Source of the DNA: Adineta vaga
Lineage: Eukaryota > Animalia > Rotifera
Direction of reading: 5' to 3'
Assembly: GCA_021613535.1 (NCBI GenBank)
Contig: CP075497.1
Location: forward strand, 3,844,001 to 3,908,000
Length of the DNA: 64,000 bases
A program made the position numbers and the translations under genes. Positions 1 to 11,416 of the stretch are shown one piece after another. The notes beneath the pieces were generated by a model. That model had not been told where the DNA came from and ran no database searches. It was given only the letters and a program-made list of their open reading frames with translations. Position 1 is the first letter of the stretch. Each line of letters starts with the position of its first letter.

Positions 1-403
1 TTCAATGTGTTTATGGTATTTTTGTGTAAAGCTATTGATGTGTGTTATTATTTCATCATGGTACAACGATGAAGATGAAATTGCGAAAATATTCTTTCTC
101 AGGAAAAGGAAGATATAACGATTATGCGATAGAGAATAAGAGGATTCAATAATTGTGCAACCAAACAAAAATTTTTAGTAAGAAAATTTGAAATTATCAA
201 TTTTTATTTGGTTGATTTGTTAATAGAAAATTCAAAGAGTGTATTCGTGTAGGCTACAAAGCATAAAGAATTGTATTGACCTCAGAAGATTTTTGGAAAA
301 TTTTCCTTATTTTACGAAATTTGAGAAGTGTTATAGGAAAAGATTCAAGTCTTGCAGAGACAAAATCCTGATTTCACTAGTATATTTGATAGTATATTTA
401 TTT

Positions 404-903
404 CATTATCGTAAACGACTGTTTACGGTCGAATACGGTGAGTGTATATTGCACCCAGGAGAATGGAAGCAGTATTCCAATCGGAATTTCTCGGACTGTT
501 CCGATGAATTCCGGTCGAAATTGTCGGAAAACGACTGGAACTTACTAGAAGTTAGTCAGAAGCGAGCGGAAAATCCGAAAATATCTGGTTCGGAATCCTG
601 CTTCCATGAAATTACCGGAATGTTCTGGTTCCGGTGGAATCCGGCTTGGATTTTTCGACCTGGGCAGTATTTACATCTAACGTTTACGGCATTTTACGAT
701 ACAATTCGGCTGTCGTTCACAGTCATCATACTCAATTAGGATAGTCGTAGACGGTGAACGTTCTCGATAGCTGTTTACGTTAACCGTAATATACCGTAAA
801 ACACCGTATACGACTATCTCGGACGATCACTGTAAACAGCCACCGTTTTCCGTCGTAAATCGTCTATGTACGGCCGTTTACGTCCAGGCGACTTCGACCT
901 GGG
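404..903. mobile_element. Outer, probably 5'-truncated MITE ending in TTCGACCTGGG
   Basis: Same terminal 11-mer ttcgacctggg (893-903) as the inner element; repeated gtttacg/cgtaaa motifs in both orientations; left terminus not found. Confidence 0.5.
454..664. mobile_element. Non-autonomous MITE, CMC/EnSpm-like (CCCAGG...CCTGGG ends, 2-bp CA target duplication), nested in another element
   Basis: cccagg 454-459 and cctggg 659-664; CA on both flanks (452-453, 665-666); internal inverted pair ggaagcagtattcc / ggaatcctgcttcc; GC higher than flanks. Confidence 0.7.
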
Positions 904-1560
904 TTGTATTGCCTGTAGTATCTGAAGGCATGTTCTATTGCATATACCTTTTCGTTTAATGAATACACAGAAAAAGAAAGTAGATAGTGTGAAATTAGTG
1001 AAGCGAATCATTATCGAATCACGCTTCACGATAACTGCAGTATGCGCACATATTTTTTGCTTTTTTTTAGTAGAAAATATACATTTTCGCTGAAATTTAC
1101 TTCGATCAATCGAGAAAACATTGTTTATTAAAATTATCAATGAATTTTTGACTCTGTTGGCCATGTCTGGGGGGGGGGGGGGCGGTGTCTAAATCTCTGC
1201 CCTCAGACACTTCAGCATTCTCTTTTAGATCGTGTTTCAAAAAACGGTATCAAATGAGCGATAAACAACCTCTGTTGAAGGCAACATCCAAATTACTTGA
1301 TAATGAGGACGACGGTGATGAGAATATTACAGATAACAAGAAAGTTGCATCGAACACGTATATAATATTTAATTTCTATGAAAAAAATATAACCCATTTA
1401 TTATATACAAGTAACGCTCGTCGGGCCGACTCACTTAACCCTCGACTGTAGAGGACGCCTATTTTCGGCTTGTCTCACTAGTGCGATGATTTCATATAGA
1501 AATTCAAGATACGAGAAAACGGCTCTCATGTTATTGTTGAAATATGTATTAAATTTCGAA

Positions 1561-1773
1561 AACAGGATATTAACTCTTTTGTGGTGAGATCAATTTCACC
1601 GACAGCCATCTGTATACTCCTACCCACTGTTTCACCCAACGTCCAAGTCAACACCCCCACACATGATTTCACCCAACAACAAGGTCCACACTCACACTCA
1701 CACCCACACCCACACCCTAACCCTCAACCACACCCACACACACCCTCACCCACACCCACACACCCTCAAGATG
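1561..1773 (+). repeat. Dispersed repeat copy with degenerate telomere-like (CCCACA/CCCTCA/CCCTAA)n tract
   Basis: Hexamer tract ~1686-1768 ending in caccctcaagatg; related pieces at 2764-3010, ~4070-4150 and ~9400-9495. Confidence 0.7.
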
Positions 1774-1912
1774 TTCTTTCTTTTTCGTTTTCTTTTCTTA
1801 TCAGATGATCGTCATTATTGTATTTGTAGATGTTATAAAAAGTAAGGTAGTTTGTATTCTCTCATTCTTACATTCGTTGTTGGTGGAAATATCCACAAAT
1901 ATCATAGTCTAA

Positions 1913-2638
1913 ATGGAAGAACGAGACTATGTTCGTGAAGCTCGTCGTAAAGCCATGATCGAAAAATCTTATGCTGACAAGGAGAAGCATACAATATCAT
2001 TAGCCGGTCACGAATTCATCATCCATCCAAACGTGTTCAATCCTAATGTATTTAAATCTACTCATTTGATTATCAATTCATGGCTTAATTTAATACGCAC
2101 AATTAAGCCGAATGCTTTGCTTGAAATCGGTGCTGGAGCTGGCTATCTCTCAGTACTTGCTGCACTCAATGGTGCGAATATGGTCACCTCCACGGATATC
2201 ACACCAGAAGCAATAGTTAATATTCAGACAAACATAGAGAAGTACAATTTGAACGATCGGATACGAACGCTGCAAGGTAGCGTGTTCGAACCATTGGAAG
2301 AAAACGAGCGATTTGATGTCATTTTCTGGAATGTACCGTTCGGTTATCATATTGACAAATCATCGGAAGAGCTGAATCCAATTGAACGCACTGTCTTCGA
2401 TCCTGGTTACCAATGCATAACTATTTACATGAAAGAAGCGCACAAGCATCTAACCACCAAAGGTCGTCTGTTTGTCGCGTTTTCCAAGGAAGTAGGCAAT
2501 TTCAAAAAGTTGACAGAAATGGCCAATAACAATGGATGGCATTTAGAACTAATAGAAAATTCGGAATATCCTCAGTTGCAATTTTCTGACATCCATGATA
2601 ATTTCTGCGTTAATATTTATGAACTTTTAAAAATCTAA
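1913..2638 (+). CDS. Intronless class I SAM-dependent methyltransferase, HemK/PrmC/MTS-like, 241 aa (candidate horizontally acquired gene)
   Basis: Motif I LLEIGAGAG, motif II TSTDI, GSVFEP, FDVIFWNVPF (NPPY/F-like motif IV), HLTTKGRLFV; intact ATG to TAA, no introns. Confidence 0.85.
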   Translation: MEERDYVREARRKAMIEKSYADKEKHTISLAGHEFIIHPNVFNPNVFKSTHLIINSWLNLIRTIKPNALLEIGAGAGYLSVLAALNGANMVTSTDITPEAIVNIQTNIEKYNLNDRIRTLQGSVFEPLEENERFDVIFWNVPFGYHIDKSSEELNPIERTVFDPGYQCITIYMKEAHKHLTTKGRLFVAFSKEVGNFKKLTEMANNNGWHLELIENSEYPQLQFSDIHDNFCVNIYELLKI

Positions 2639-2763
2639 TATATGTAGAACTATTTTTTTCAAGTAAAATCAAATGATTCGTCTTTCAAGCTGATACTTTG
2701 CTCACTAATAGGTCTCGTTGAGACAAAGACAAGGTCTATAAGCATTTTTCCTATTGATTATTG

Positions 2764-3010
2764 CATCTTGAGGGTGTGGGTGGGTGTAGCTAGCTGCTAT
2801 GACGCGTTTCGATCCCTGCTAAAGAATCTCATCAGATGGCTTTTATTTGGATCCTGAGATCAAAATCAAAATAAAATTATCCTTATAAGTATATACATCT
2901 TCATTTATTTTTCTTTCCTATGACATGTCACATGTGCAAGTCCTTGTAGAAGTCTTGGGTGTGGACGTTGGTGACGCTGCGGGTGAGACTCGTGTGTTAA
3001 TATGTTACCC
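2764..3010 (-). repeat. Inverted copy of the telomere-like dispersed repeat
   Basis: catcttgagggtgtg (2764-2778) is the exact reverse complement of 1759-1773; further similarity at gggtgtggacgttggtg (~2957-2973). Confidence 0.65.
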
Positions 3011-3661
3011 ACATCCTCAAGATAAAAGCAAAACGTTCAATAATCATTTTTGTACTTCAATGAACATTTCTTCGTCGTGCAACTCGACCACTTAATCACC
3101 CTCAAGATAAAAAAATTACGAATCCAAAATTTTATATCACACTCAAATGTTGACAAAGATTTTTTCTTCTAAAATCATTTGAGGTTCGAGGCGATTATCA
3201 CAACTAAGTTGAATTAAAAGAACCTCATCAATTAATACTGAAAAAACGAGAAGATTGTATTGATAGGATGTCAGATCTCAATCGATAAACTAATTAGTCC
3301 TCATTGTACAACAATCTCTGCTTTATTGGAAATAAAATTTAATTAAGAACATTGGCTTGATATGTGAGATTCGCTATAAGTAAGATATTACTTAAGAGTT
3401 TTTGTATTGAAAGCAAAAGAAGAAATTGTCATTATTCGTTACATCTTAGAAAAGATATATGCATATTTTGATTCATTAAGATTTTCTAATTAAAGTTCTT
3501 TCTCAAAACTGATCTATCGCAGAGATTCGAGTAAACTCAATTTAGCCTCACAAATCTGTCCATTTGCATGCGACAAAGAAAGAAATGAATCAAACGTTTT
3601 TCAGTTGATCTGTCTTTGATTTCGCTATGTAGAGAAGTGATGATATTTTTTTCATTGAAAG

Positions 3662-4008
3662 AAGTGTTGCTCTGGCAGATCAATGTCGCCACCGATCCGC
3701 ACGATTTCGTCATCGCAACATGTATTTTATTCGTAAGAATATTTACCTCTTGGTAAGTTGTAATAAGTAACTTGTCTAGATGAGGTGTGGAGCAAGACGT
3801 TTTCATTGTCCCCACATCTATTGTTTTGGAAGAACCAAAAGAAAAGTGCAAAGTGTAGAGACAGCGTAGATGTCGTGCTCCACATGTTGTGAAGATAAAT
3901 TGCTTATTAAAACTTACCAAGAGGTAAATATTCTTACGAATAAAACACATGTTGCGATGACGAAATCGTGTGGATTGGTGGCAACACCGATCTGCCAGAG
4001 CAACACTT
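3662..4008. mobile_element. Foldback MITE with ~140-bp inverted arms and ~70-bp spacer (Mutator-like)
   Basis: 3662-~3800 is a near-perfect reverse complement of ~3870-4008; flanks tcattgaaa / tcattcaaa resemble a degenerate 9-bp target duplication. Confidence 0.8.
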
Positions 4009-5713
4009 TCATTCAAAAGAATATAAATAAAATTTACATCTATTCAAGTGGAATCTTACAGAATAGTAACGTGGTTGATACCTATCTAGGATATGGGTGT
4101 GGGAGAGTACAGATGTTGATTGTTAGAATCCTCACGCGAGTTCAATAACTTCAATATATTTTCTGAAGAAATTGATCAAATATATAATGAATAATAAATA
4201 TCTTTCTTTGTATGCAAGGAAAGACATCAACTGTCTTCATATTTCGCTGCATTCTTTGAAATCCACATAAACAAAAATCAAAACTTTCTTTCTAATGAAT
4301 TCGTCATGGATTGACGAGTTCAGTCAATTATATGATATCGTTAGAACCTGATTAAATGTGTATCTTTTGAAAGAGTAAGTTGATATTGAAACATGCTCAT
4401 TTTTGTGATCATAAAAGATGCGGACAAAAGTTTCACATTTTATCATCTTCACTAATTACGATTCAAATAAGAAGTATAAGGTTATCCTTAATTCGTGTAA
4501 AACTACTTAATTGATTGAACTGAGTATTTCAAAGAAATTTTCAGTGATGATCATTTTTGGATAATTTTATGTATTTGAATATTCATTGATAAAATAAAGG
4601 GTATTGCTATGCGTAGAAGTATATTTATTCTTGGAACATTATCTGAAAGCGATATACTTCTTTGCTAAATCGAGATTTAAACTACTGAAAACTTTCTGAA
4701 ATGATAAAAGATCCTCGAGAGAATGTGGAGAAAGAAGCATAAAATCAATTCAATCGTTCTCTATAATTCTGATAGAAACCTTGACATTACTCACCAATTG
4801 AAAATAAGATTTTGACGTGCTTCTATAGGATTTATATATATCTCTACTGATTCTGTACTAGTTCTTGATTCATTAAACTGTTCAAACCGATTTGCATTAC
4901 ATTAATCGATTGGAATTGTGGACAGAATAAACAAATACTTTTCTCGAAATTGATTCGAATGCAAAACCTACAGTTTTATTCAATTATTTGAATTGTTCAC
5001 GTTGAATTAACATCCAATTACTATGAAATTGATTCATGCTTCAATATAGATATAAAAATCTATTAATTAATCCTAAGATGATCAACTGACTCTTGTATTG
5101 GGCTTCAGAAAAAATCGCTCATAATGTATTAATTTAAAATCTTTCAAAATAGAATTTACTAGAAGAAAATTAGCATTCTGTTGCATATACAATTAGTAGA
5201 AGCTGAACTATAATCAACATTTGATTTTTACAAAAAGAAATATTCGATTGTCGTCAATCTTTTCGTTAATCTTCAACTTATGATAAAGTAGAAGATTCAT
5301 GTAGAAAACGATATAATCATGGTCTCATCCCATCAATTTCTGATATGTCACTGTTGTCACGATGTGAAAAGTGAAGAAAATTAATTTCAATGTCTCTACC
5401 CGTATTCACTCTAGACTAAGCTTTAAGATGCTTGACATTTATAAATACATTTAAGACAGGCTAGATGCTCGAAAATTCAAACAACGCAGTCGGAGATAAT
5501 AACGAAGTCTACTAAATATAAAAACCTATTGTTTGCCTCAAAAGAATGCCTTGGGAGTGAATTCAAAGATTAAAATGTTCTATGGAATATAAGAGCAATT
5601 ACATCTAATAAATAATGTAACGAAATGAATAAAATATCATGCTTTGAAATAGATCTAACAAAGTGACAAAACTTTGATGAAATAAAAACTTTTGTGTATA
5701 TATTATCGGGGGT

Positions 5714-6103
5714 CACAGCAGCCTGTGTTGAAAAATCAGGACATTTTAAAACATATGCTGATGCTACTGTTCTATATCAAATTTACATAAAAGTGGGAAA
5801 AGTGTAACGATTGAGAGTCAATACTATGACATACATTGGTTGGAACTGACTGAGATTGACTGGAAATTGACGTAAGATAGTTAACAATTTCCGCCGACAT
5901 CGTGAGATCTGCTAGGAAACTAATTCGAAATGTTTGTCGTTAATGGAATTTCGTGTGACATTAGCTAGAACTGTTCGAAACTAGTGTTGATTGAGTTACA
6001 ATTAGTAATATTTTTTAGTCTATTGCAGATCAATCCCAGTCAATTCTGGGTCAATTCCATTCAATCCACACCCATCAAAATTGACGTGTTCGACACGGCT
6101 GTG
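5714..6103. mobile_element. Degenerate MITE with imperfect terminal inverted repeats
   Basis: cagcctgtgttgaa (5719-) vs ttcgacacggctg (-6101); internal attgac / gtcaat subterminal repeats in inverted orientation. Confidence 0.45.
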
Positions 6104-7966
6104 TTCTCATACACATGACTCAGATTATTATGCAGTTTACCAACACTGATCTATCCTGATTACTGAGGCAAACATCTCGTAGAAAATAGATACTCGACTT
6201 ATAAAACGTAGGATTGATAAAGAAAACGAAAATTTTTCATGGATTCGTAAAAACATTTGAATTATAATATTGTAAAATATTTTGGAATGTGTTTTAAAAA
6301 ACGTTTTTGCCTCTTGTATTCTCGTTGAGATAAATGAGTAAATTATTGAAATATATTGTTTAGTAGTACTTGGCGAAGATTATCAGCCAGTACATGAAAC
6401 ATCTTGGAAGTAACATTTATAAATCGATATATTTGCACAAGAACATTGCAAGCTTTTTTGGCTACAACTGTATACAGATATTCTTTTTTCCTGTGGAATA
6501 TGTATTTGCCTGCTTAATCATCATGAGACGTGATGCTCCTCTCCTATTGCATAATTTCTTTTTCCTTTTTTTTATTATTGCTGCGTTTGACTTCTTTTTG
6601 TTTATAAGGGTGTCTTTGCTCAGACAGACAAATAACAAAAGAATGGCGTTTTTGCGCTAAAAATAATTTTTCAAAGAAACATCTAAATTATTAACCTCCT
6701 AAATACCAAGAAAATATTTTCATTCTGTTGGGTACAAAAAATAGATGGTGAATCACTCTCTCTAGTGAATATAGCTGATGAACAATATGACAAAACAAAA
6801 TAAAATATATCATGCCTCTATTTTGATTTCAATTGAAAACAGCGGTATTCTAGAAGTTAACTGACAATGCCGTTTCAATTGTTCATCTTGAAGTTAAAAA
6901 AGGTTGTTAACACGTAGAAATATGCGCTTTTTACGTATGAAAACGACATTTTTCCTTCCCTATCTGTCTGGGTCGTTTTCTTTTTTATTACATAGAGAGA
7001 GAGAGTTTATTTTTCCAACTACGCCACTTCTTGATATAAATACGGTGCCATAGCTCATTATTCTTGAAATCAAGTGCTAGTTGTCTTTTTTTATTTGTGC
7101 TTGTAGTATTCAAAAAAACCGTAGTTTTCTGATTTTAATAACTTAGGAACGGAAAATCGAAAGATTTTCCTTCAGACGTCAGAATAAAATATAGAAACTG
7201 TACTGAGAACATCCGTCTTCAAATTTTAAATACGCCCTTGGCTTCGTATATAAACCATTCCAAAACGAGACAATATTGAATACAATTTTCCCGAGCTATT
7301 TAAAGAAAACCGTGAAAATCGAAAAGTTTGGTGCCACTTTCAGTGAGTAACACATGGTGATTTTGATTAGTCAACCGAAATGATATTTCGTAGTTCGCAC
7401 CGCATTTCGCATAGGCGCGTAAGCTGTGTGTCATCTAGTTTCATAGAGTGCTCATCTTTTTTTTCTTCACTAAAGACGAACAACAACCTTACATTTCTCT
7501 ATTCATCGGATCAAGATACAATAGAATTTTGATCGTGAATTTTCTCGATCTCAGTTCTTTCCATATTCATTTGAGCTCGATCTTTAGTCTTCGATCATAT
7601 TGGAGGTTGATGCTAGTCTTCATTCTCACGTCGAGAAAATAAATAAAAGCTTTAGAGTATGCCCGTTTTTGTCTTTGTTGCTATGAAATGTTAATTGTTC
7701 ACAATCATGATTTTATTTTGTGTGTTTGAGCGCGTTGCAAACACTTTAATTAAAAAAGTATTGAGAGAATTAGCATGTTCCATTACAAAAATGTAGGTTT
7801 TAATTTCAGCATATTTTGTCTTATTAGGCAAAAGTCATTCGTTGCCTTGGAACTTCTATTTTCTAATACGATTCAAATTTCAGTGTACATGATATATTGT
7901 CAATCAGAGTAAAGAACAATTTAGAGTATAAATAATGTCATAATTTCTTTCGTCTAGAAAATTTCA

Positions 7967-9339
7967 ATGACAGAAGAAGAACGTCTATCAAATAATTTAG
8001 AAACCGAAGAAAATGTTTTCTCGAAGGAAGATAAGAAAACATATTTGCAAATTTAGCATGAACAATGGAAAACAATTGTCACAAGTATTTTATTGTGTTT
8101 TGCTTCTATATTTCTTGTGACTTCATATTCATTCAAATCAGTCACTATTAGTGGAAAAAATTCAAACGTATGTAATTGTCGAAAACAAGCAAAAAACAAT
8201 TATGGATATCCTTCGGAATTAATTGAAAATCTCGTTCGTGATAAAGATATTAGTTTTGTATTTCCAGTATATTCTGGCCATGCAGAATCTTTACTTAATC
8301 TTCTTCGATCAATACGAAATCTTTGTGATGATTGTACCCAAGTGCCAATTATTATAATCACTGATGATGAAAGTCAAAAATTAATTCATGAAATTTTACA
8401 TAAAAATCATAGTTTATCAGATCCTGCAATGAAGCAATCATTTCCAAATCTTTCGATTAAACTTCTTCGTGATGTAATGCCATATTATGAAGCGAACAAA
8501 TGGAATGATAATAGTCTTCTCGTAAATGGAAAGTATCTTTTTCAATCACATAAAAAAATGTTCGGAGTTCTTAATGGTGCTTCGACCCGTTTTTCATGGG
8601 TAATGGATGTTGATGGTTTTATATTTAAACCAATGTCATTAGCAAAAATATTGAAAAACTATCTCTCATTACCTTATATATTTACTGCACATGGTTGGTC
8701 AGTTGGCCGAGATGTATTTGAATGTGCAGAAAATCTAACCGGTAATTTTCTCTCGACTGGATATACTCTTGAAATCATGCATTGGATATATGATAGAGAA
8801 ATTGTATCTGATTTCAATAAAGTTGTTCTTTCACAATATCCAACATGGAATATACCAATACTTTTTCAAAAAACTTATTTCTTTGAGGTTGTTTATTATC
8901 ATTTTATTATGTCAAACCAAATTTTATATAGAAAATACATGGAATATAGAATTGTTGATGTACGAACTTTACTTGGTGGAAATTTTTCATCTTTATTACA
9001 AACAGTTGCGAATAGTGCAAATGGTGGAATGATCGAAAGGATTGGTATTTCAATCACAAGATTTCCTAAGATTTATAATGGTATTGTTCATATTTGGAAA
9101 AAATTTCAAATACCTTTTTATCGTCCTGAAGGTGATGAACGACTTATACCGATTTTGCTCTCGATACTGATGTAGTCGTTATGACAAATAATTTTATACA
9201 TGGATTATATAGAATGGGAATATCAGGTTATTGGAAAAATCCAGCAGAAGCATTGGAAAATGCTGAAAAACAACAATGGAAATCATTAGCAGATCATTTG
9301 AAGAAAAGAATCAATAAAACTGAATTTCGTCGAGAATGA
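7967..9339 (+). pseudogene. Type II membrane GT-A-fold glycosyltransferase-like gene, intronless, with a premature stop and a frameshift
   Basis: ATG 7967 is in frame with the 8093-9175 ORF but TAG lies at 8054-8056; hydrophobic anchor IVTSILLCFASIFLV; ISFVFPVY, IIIITDD, WVMDVDGF (DxD); after ~9150 another frame continues DFALDTDVVVMTNNF...RRE to TGA 9337-9339. Confidence 0.7.
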
Positions 9340-9399
9340 AATAACTGAAAACATTTTAATTAAAATATTTCTTGTATACATAACAGATGTGTGATTTAT

Positions 9400-9495
9400 T
9401 TGAGTGATGGGTGTGGGTGTGGGTGTAAGTATGGATTTGGATGACAGCTGTAGGTGAGGAGTTTGAATGTGGATGTACAGAGATGGTATTGGGTT
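9400..9495 (-). repeat. Copy of the telomere-like dispersed repeat (TGGGTG)n
   Basis: gatgggtgtgggtgtgggtgt followed by sequence loosely similar to the reverse complement of 1600-1660. Confidence 0.55.
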
Positions 9496-9789
9496 ATTGT
9501 TGTCGAAAGACACACTCAGCCGTGCAGAAATTCACGCCAAACTGGCACGCACCTACACCTACATTCTTATGCTATATTTTCTGTTTCGAGTTTGCCGATT
9601 TTCGAGATTTTGATACTAATCTCTCTAGTGAGACTTCATCTTATTCTTTTCTTCTCTCAAACAATATTTACATGAATTCTTGTCTGTTTCCAGCAACAAC
9701 AAACATTGGTTCATTTATAATATGATGAATGCTGTCATTTGTTAAAGAAGAACTTATAAAAGATTTCTCTTGTATTGAAAAAAAACAAT

Positions 9790-10899
9790 TTTTTTCCAAG
9801 ATATTTGTCTGGTATATTGTTGTGTAACGGTAAGTAATAATATCAGGCGAATTTAATTAAATCATTACTATTTAAGAATGATTTTTTACGATATCTCAAA
9901 CGTCTTCAACTTTTAGTTCGAAAAGAAGAAACTTCCCAAACAAGTAATATGTTCTTTGCACGACATGTTCCACATTTATTAACTAACGAAGAGGTGAATT
10001 GAGTTGATGCTAAATGGCATGTTTATCAGATAACTGATATACCAGAAGAATGGTTCGGAAAAATTCAAATTTCTTCGGACAATTCCATTAAATGTTTATC
10101 TATTGATACATATTGGTATCAAATATTTTCTAATACTACATCACAATATGAAATATTAAGCAAATTCCTGAAATGCTTGTTATCTTTAATGGCAACAGTA
10201 ATTTCGAAAGAGCGATACGCCTTCGAAAATAATCACATTGTATCAGATGAACGTTCATGATTAAATGAAGTATCTATCAATGGTTTAAAAGCTACGAAAG
10301 CTGGTATTAAATTTTTTAGCGGTGGTAAAATTCATGCAGTGAGTATAGTTCTGATATATGCGAGATGTTGTATTTTTCATATTTACGTTATATAGAAGAC
10401 AACGAACAAAAACAGAAATTAATTAAAAACGAAGATTTGATGCTGAACCTGAACGATTAGAAGGAAAAGAAACTTGATTGATAAATGAACAAAAGAATTG
10501 ACAAAAAAAATTGATTAAAGTGACTAAACTGTTGGACAAAGAACCACAAGACTTGCTGCAGCAATGAAGAATCAAAAATTTGATGATATCAGTACAGTCC
10601 AAGTACGGATGAGTGCTGCTAATACTAAATTAGCTGATTTGAAAACTAAATTAATGAAAAGAATGAAAATTTCAACTAATTAAGAAAAGAACAGGAAAAA
10701 TGAATGATTAAAATAAATATATATTGAACGTTATCTTTCATTTTTCTGAAAATACTCTAAACATATTATTTGCATAAATTTTAAGAATAGAAGGAGTGAA
10801 ATAAGAGACAAATTGATAGTTATCCAAACTTACTTCCTATGGGAATAGATCGTAAAATATCAGGAGAAAATCAGGACAGCGACCAGGCTGCCATGCCTG
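9790..10899 (+). mobile_element. Decayed hAT-superfamily DNA transposon: 3' part of transposase plus right end
   Basis: Stop/frameshift-ridden translation IDTYWYQIF...YEILSKFLKCLLSL/(H)GNSNFER...NHIVSDERS*LNEVSINGLK matches the hAT C-terminal dimerization motif; end region aaaatcaggaca...ccaggctgccatgcctg. Confidence 0.7.
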
Positions 10900-11416
10900 C
10901 TAATAGTATGTATGAAAATAATATGACGATCTCATGAATAACAAAATATCCAATGTAAGATAGAAAGTGAGCGCTATAGTCGGATAAAAATCCAAGATAA
11001 TGTATTCTCTTCTCTATTTATGCCTTTCGGTTCGTCTTTTCATAGATGAATACGAGATAAAATTATTTTTCTCATCTGCTTCGATTACACTACTATATAT
11101 AAACATATCTTCATTTCTCATTCACTTAATATTCATCTTAAAATAGTGAACTGTTCCACACTATTTTTGAATGGTATATATTTTTTTGAGTTTCTTCTCT
11201 ATGCATTTATGTGATGAATGATTCTTTTGTCGAAACACAAATGATTAATTTATCATATACATGTCTAGTACAAACATGTATTGTTTGCATCACTACGGTG
11301 GGTGATACTGCCCAGTTAGTGCTTTTAAAACAGTAAGCAGAGTTTCTATGTACGCGCGCGATTCATTAATTTGGTAATTTTCTCTTTATTACAAAAAAGA
11401 TAAAATAAAACACTAA

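Noticed and set aside
1169-1182. Poly-G run as a regulatory G-quadruplex
   Set aside because: Single homopolymer with no supporting context; may be an assembly or sequencing artefact
239-1451. ORFs 239-739, 814-1164 and 1185-1451 as genes
   Set aside because: They overlap MITE/repeat DNA, and I recognise no protein motif in them
1581-1845. His/Pro/Thr-rich ORFs
   Set aside because: Translations of the CCCACA-type hexamer tract
3537-4148. Two opposite-strand ORFs with near-identical peptides
   Set aside because: Artefact of the foldback inverted repeat
4200-5700. Possible decayed gene fragments (also 14000-16700)
   Set aside because: No consistent frame or motif recognisable by eye; would need a translated search
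5709-10899. A single ~5-kb hAT element (gcagcctg...caggctgc, shared aaaatcaggaca) carrying the glycosyltransferase as cargo
   Set aside because: No 8-bp target duplication found, terminal match only ~11/17, and the 5719 motif pairs better with 6101 as a small MITE
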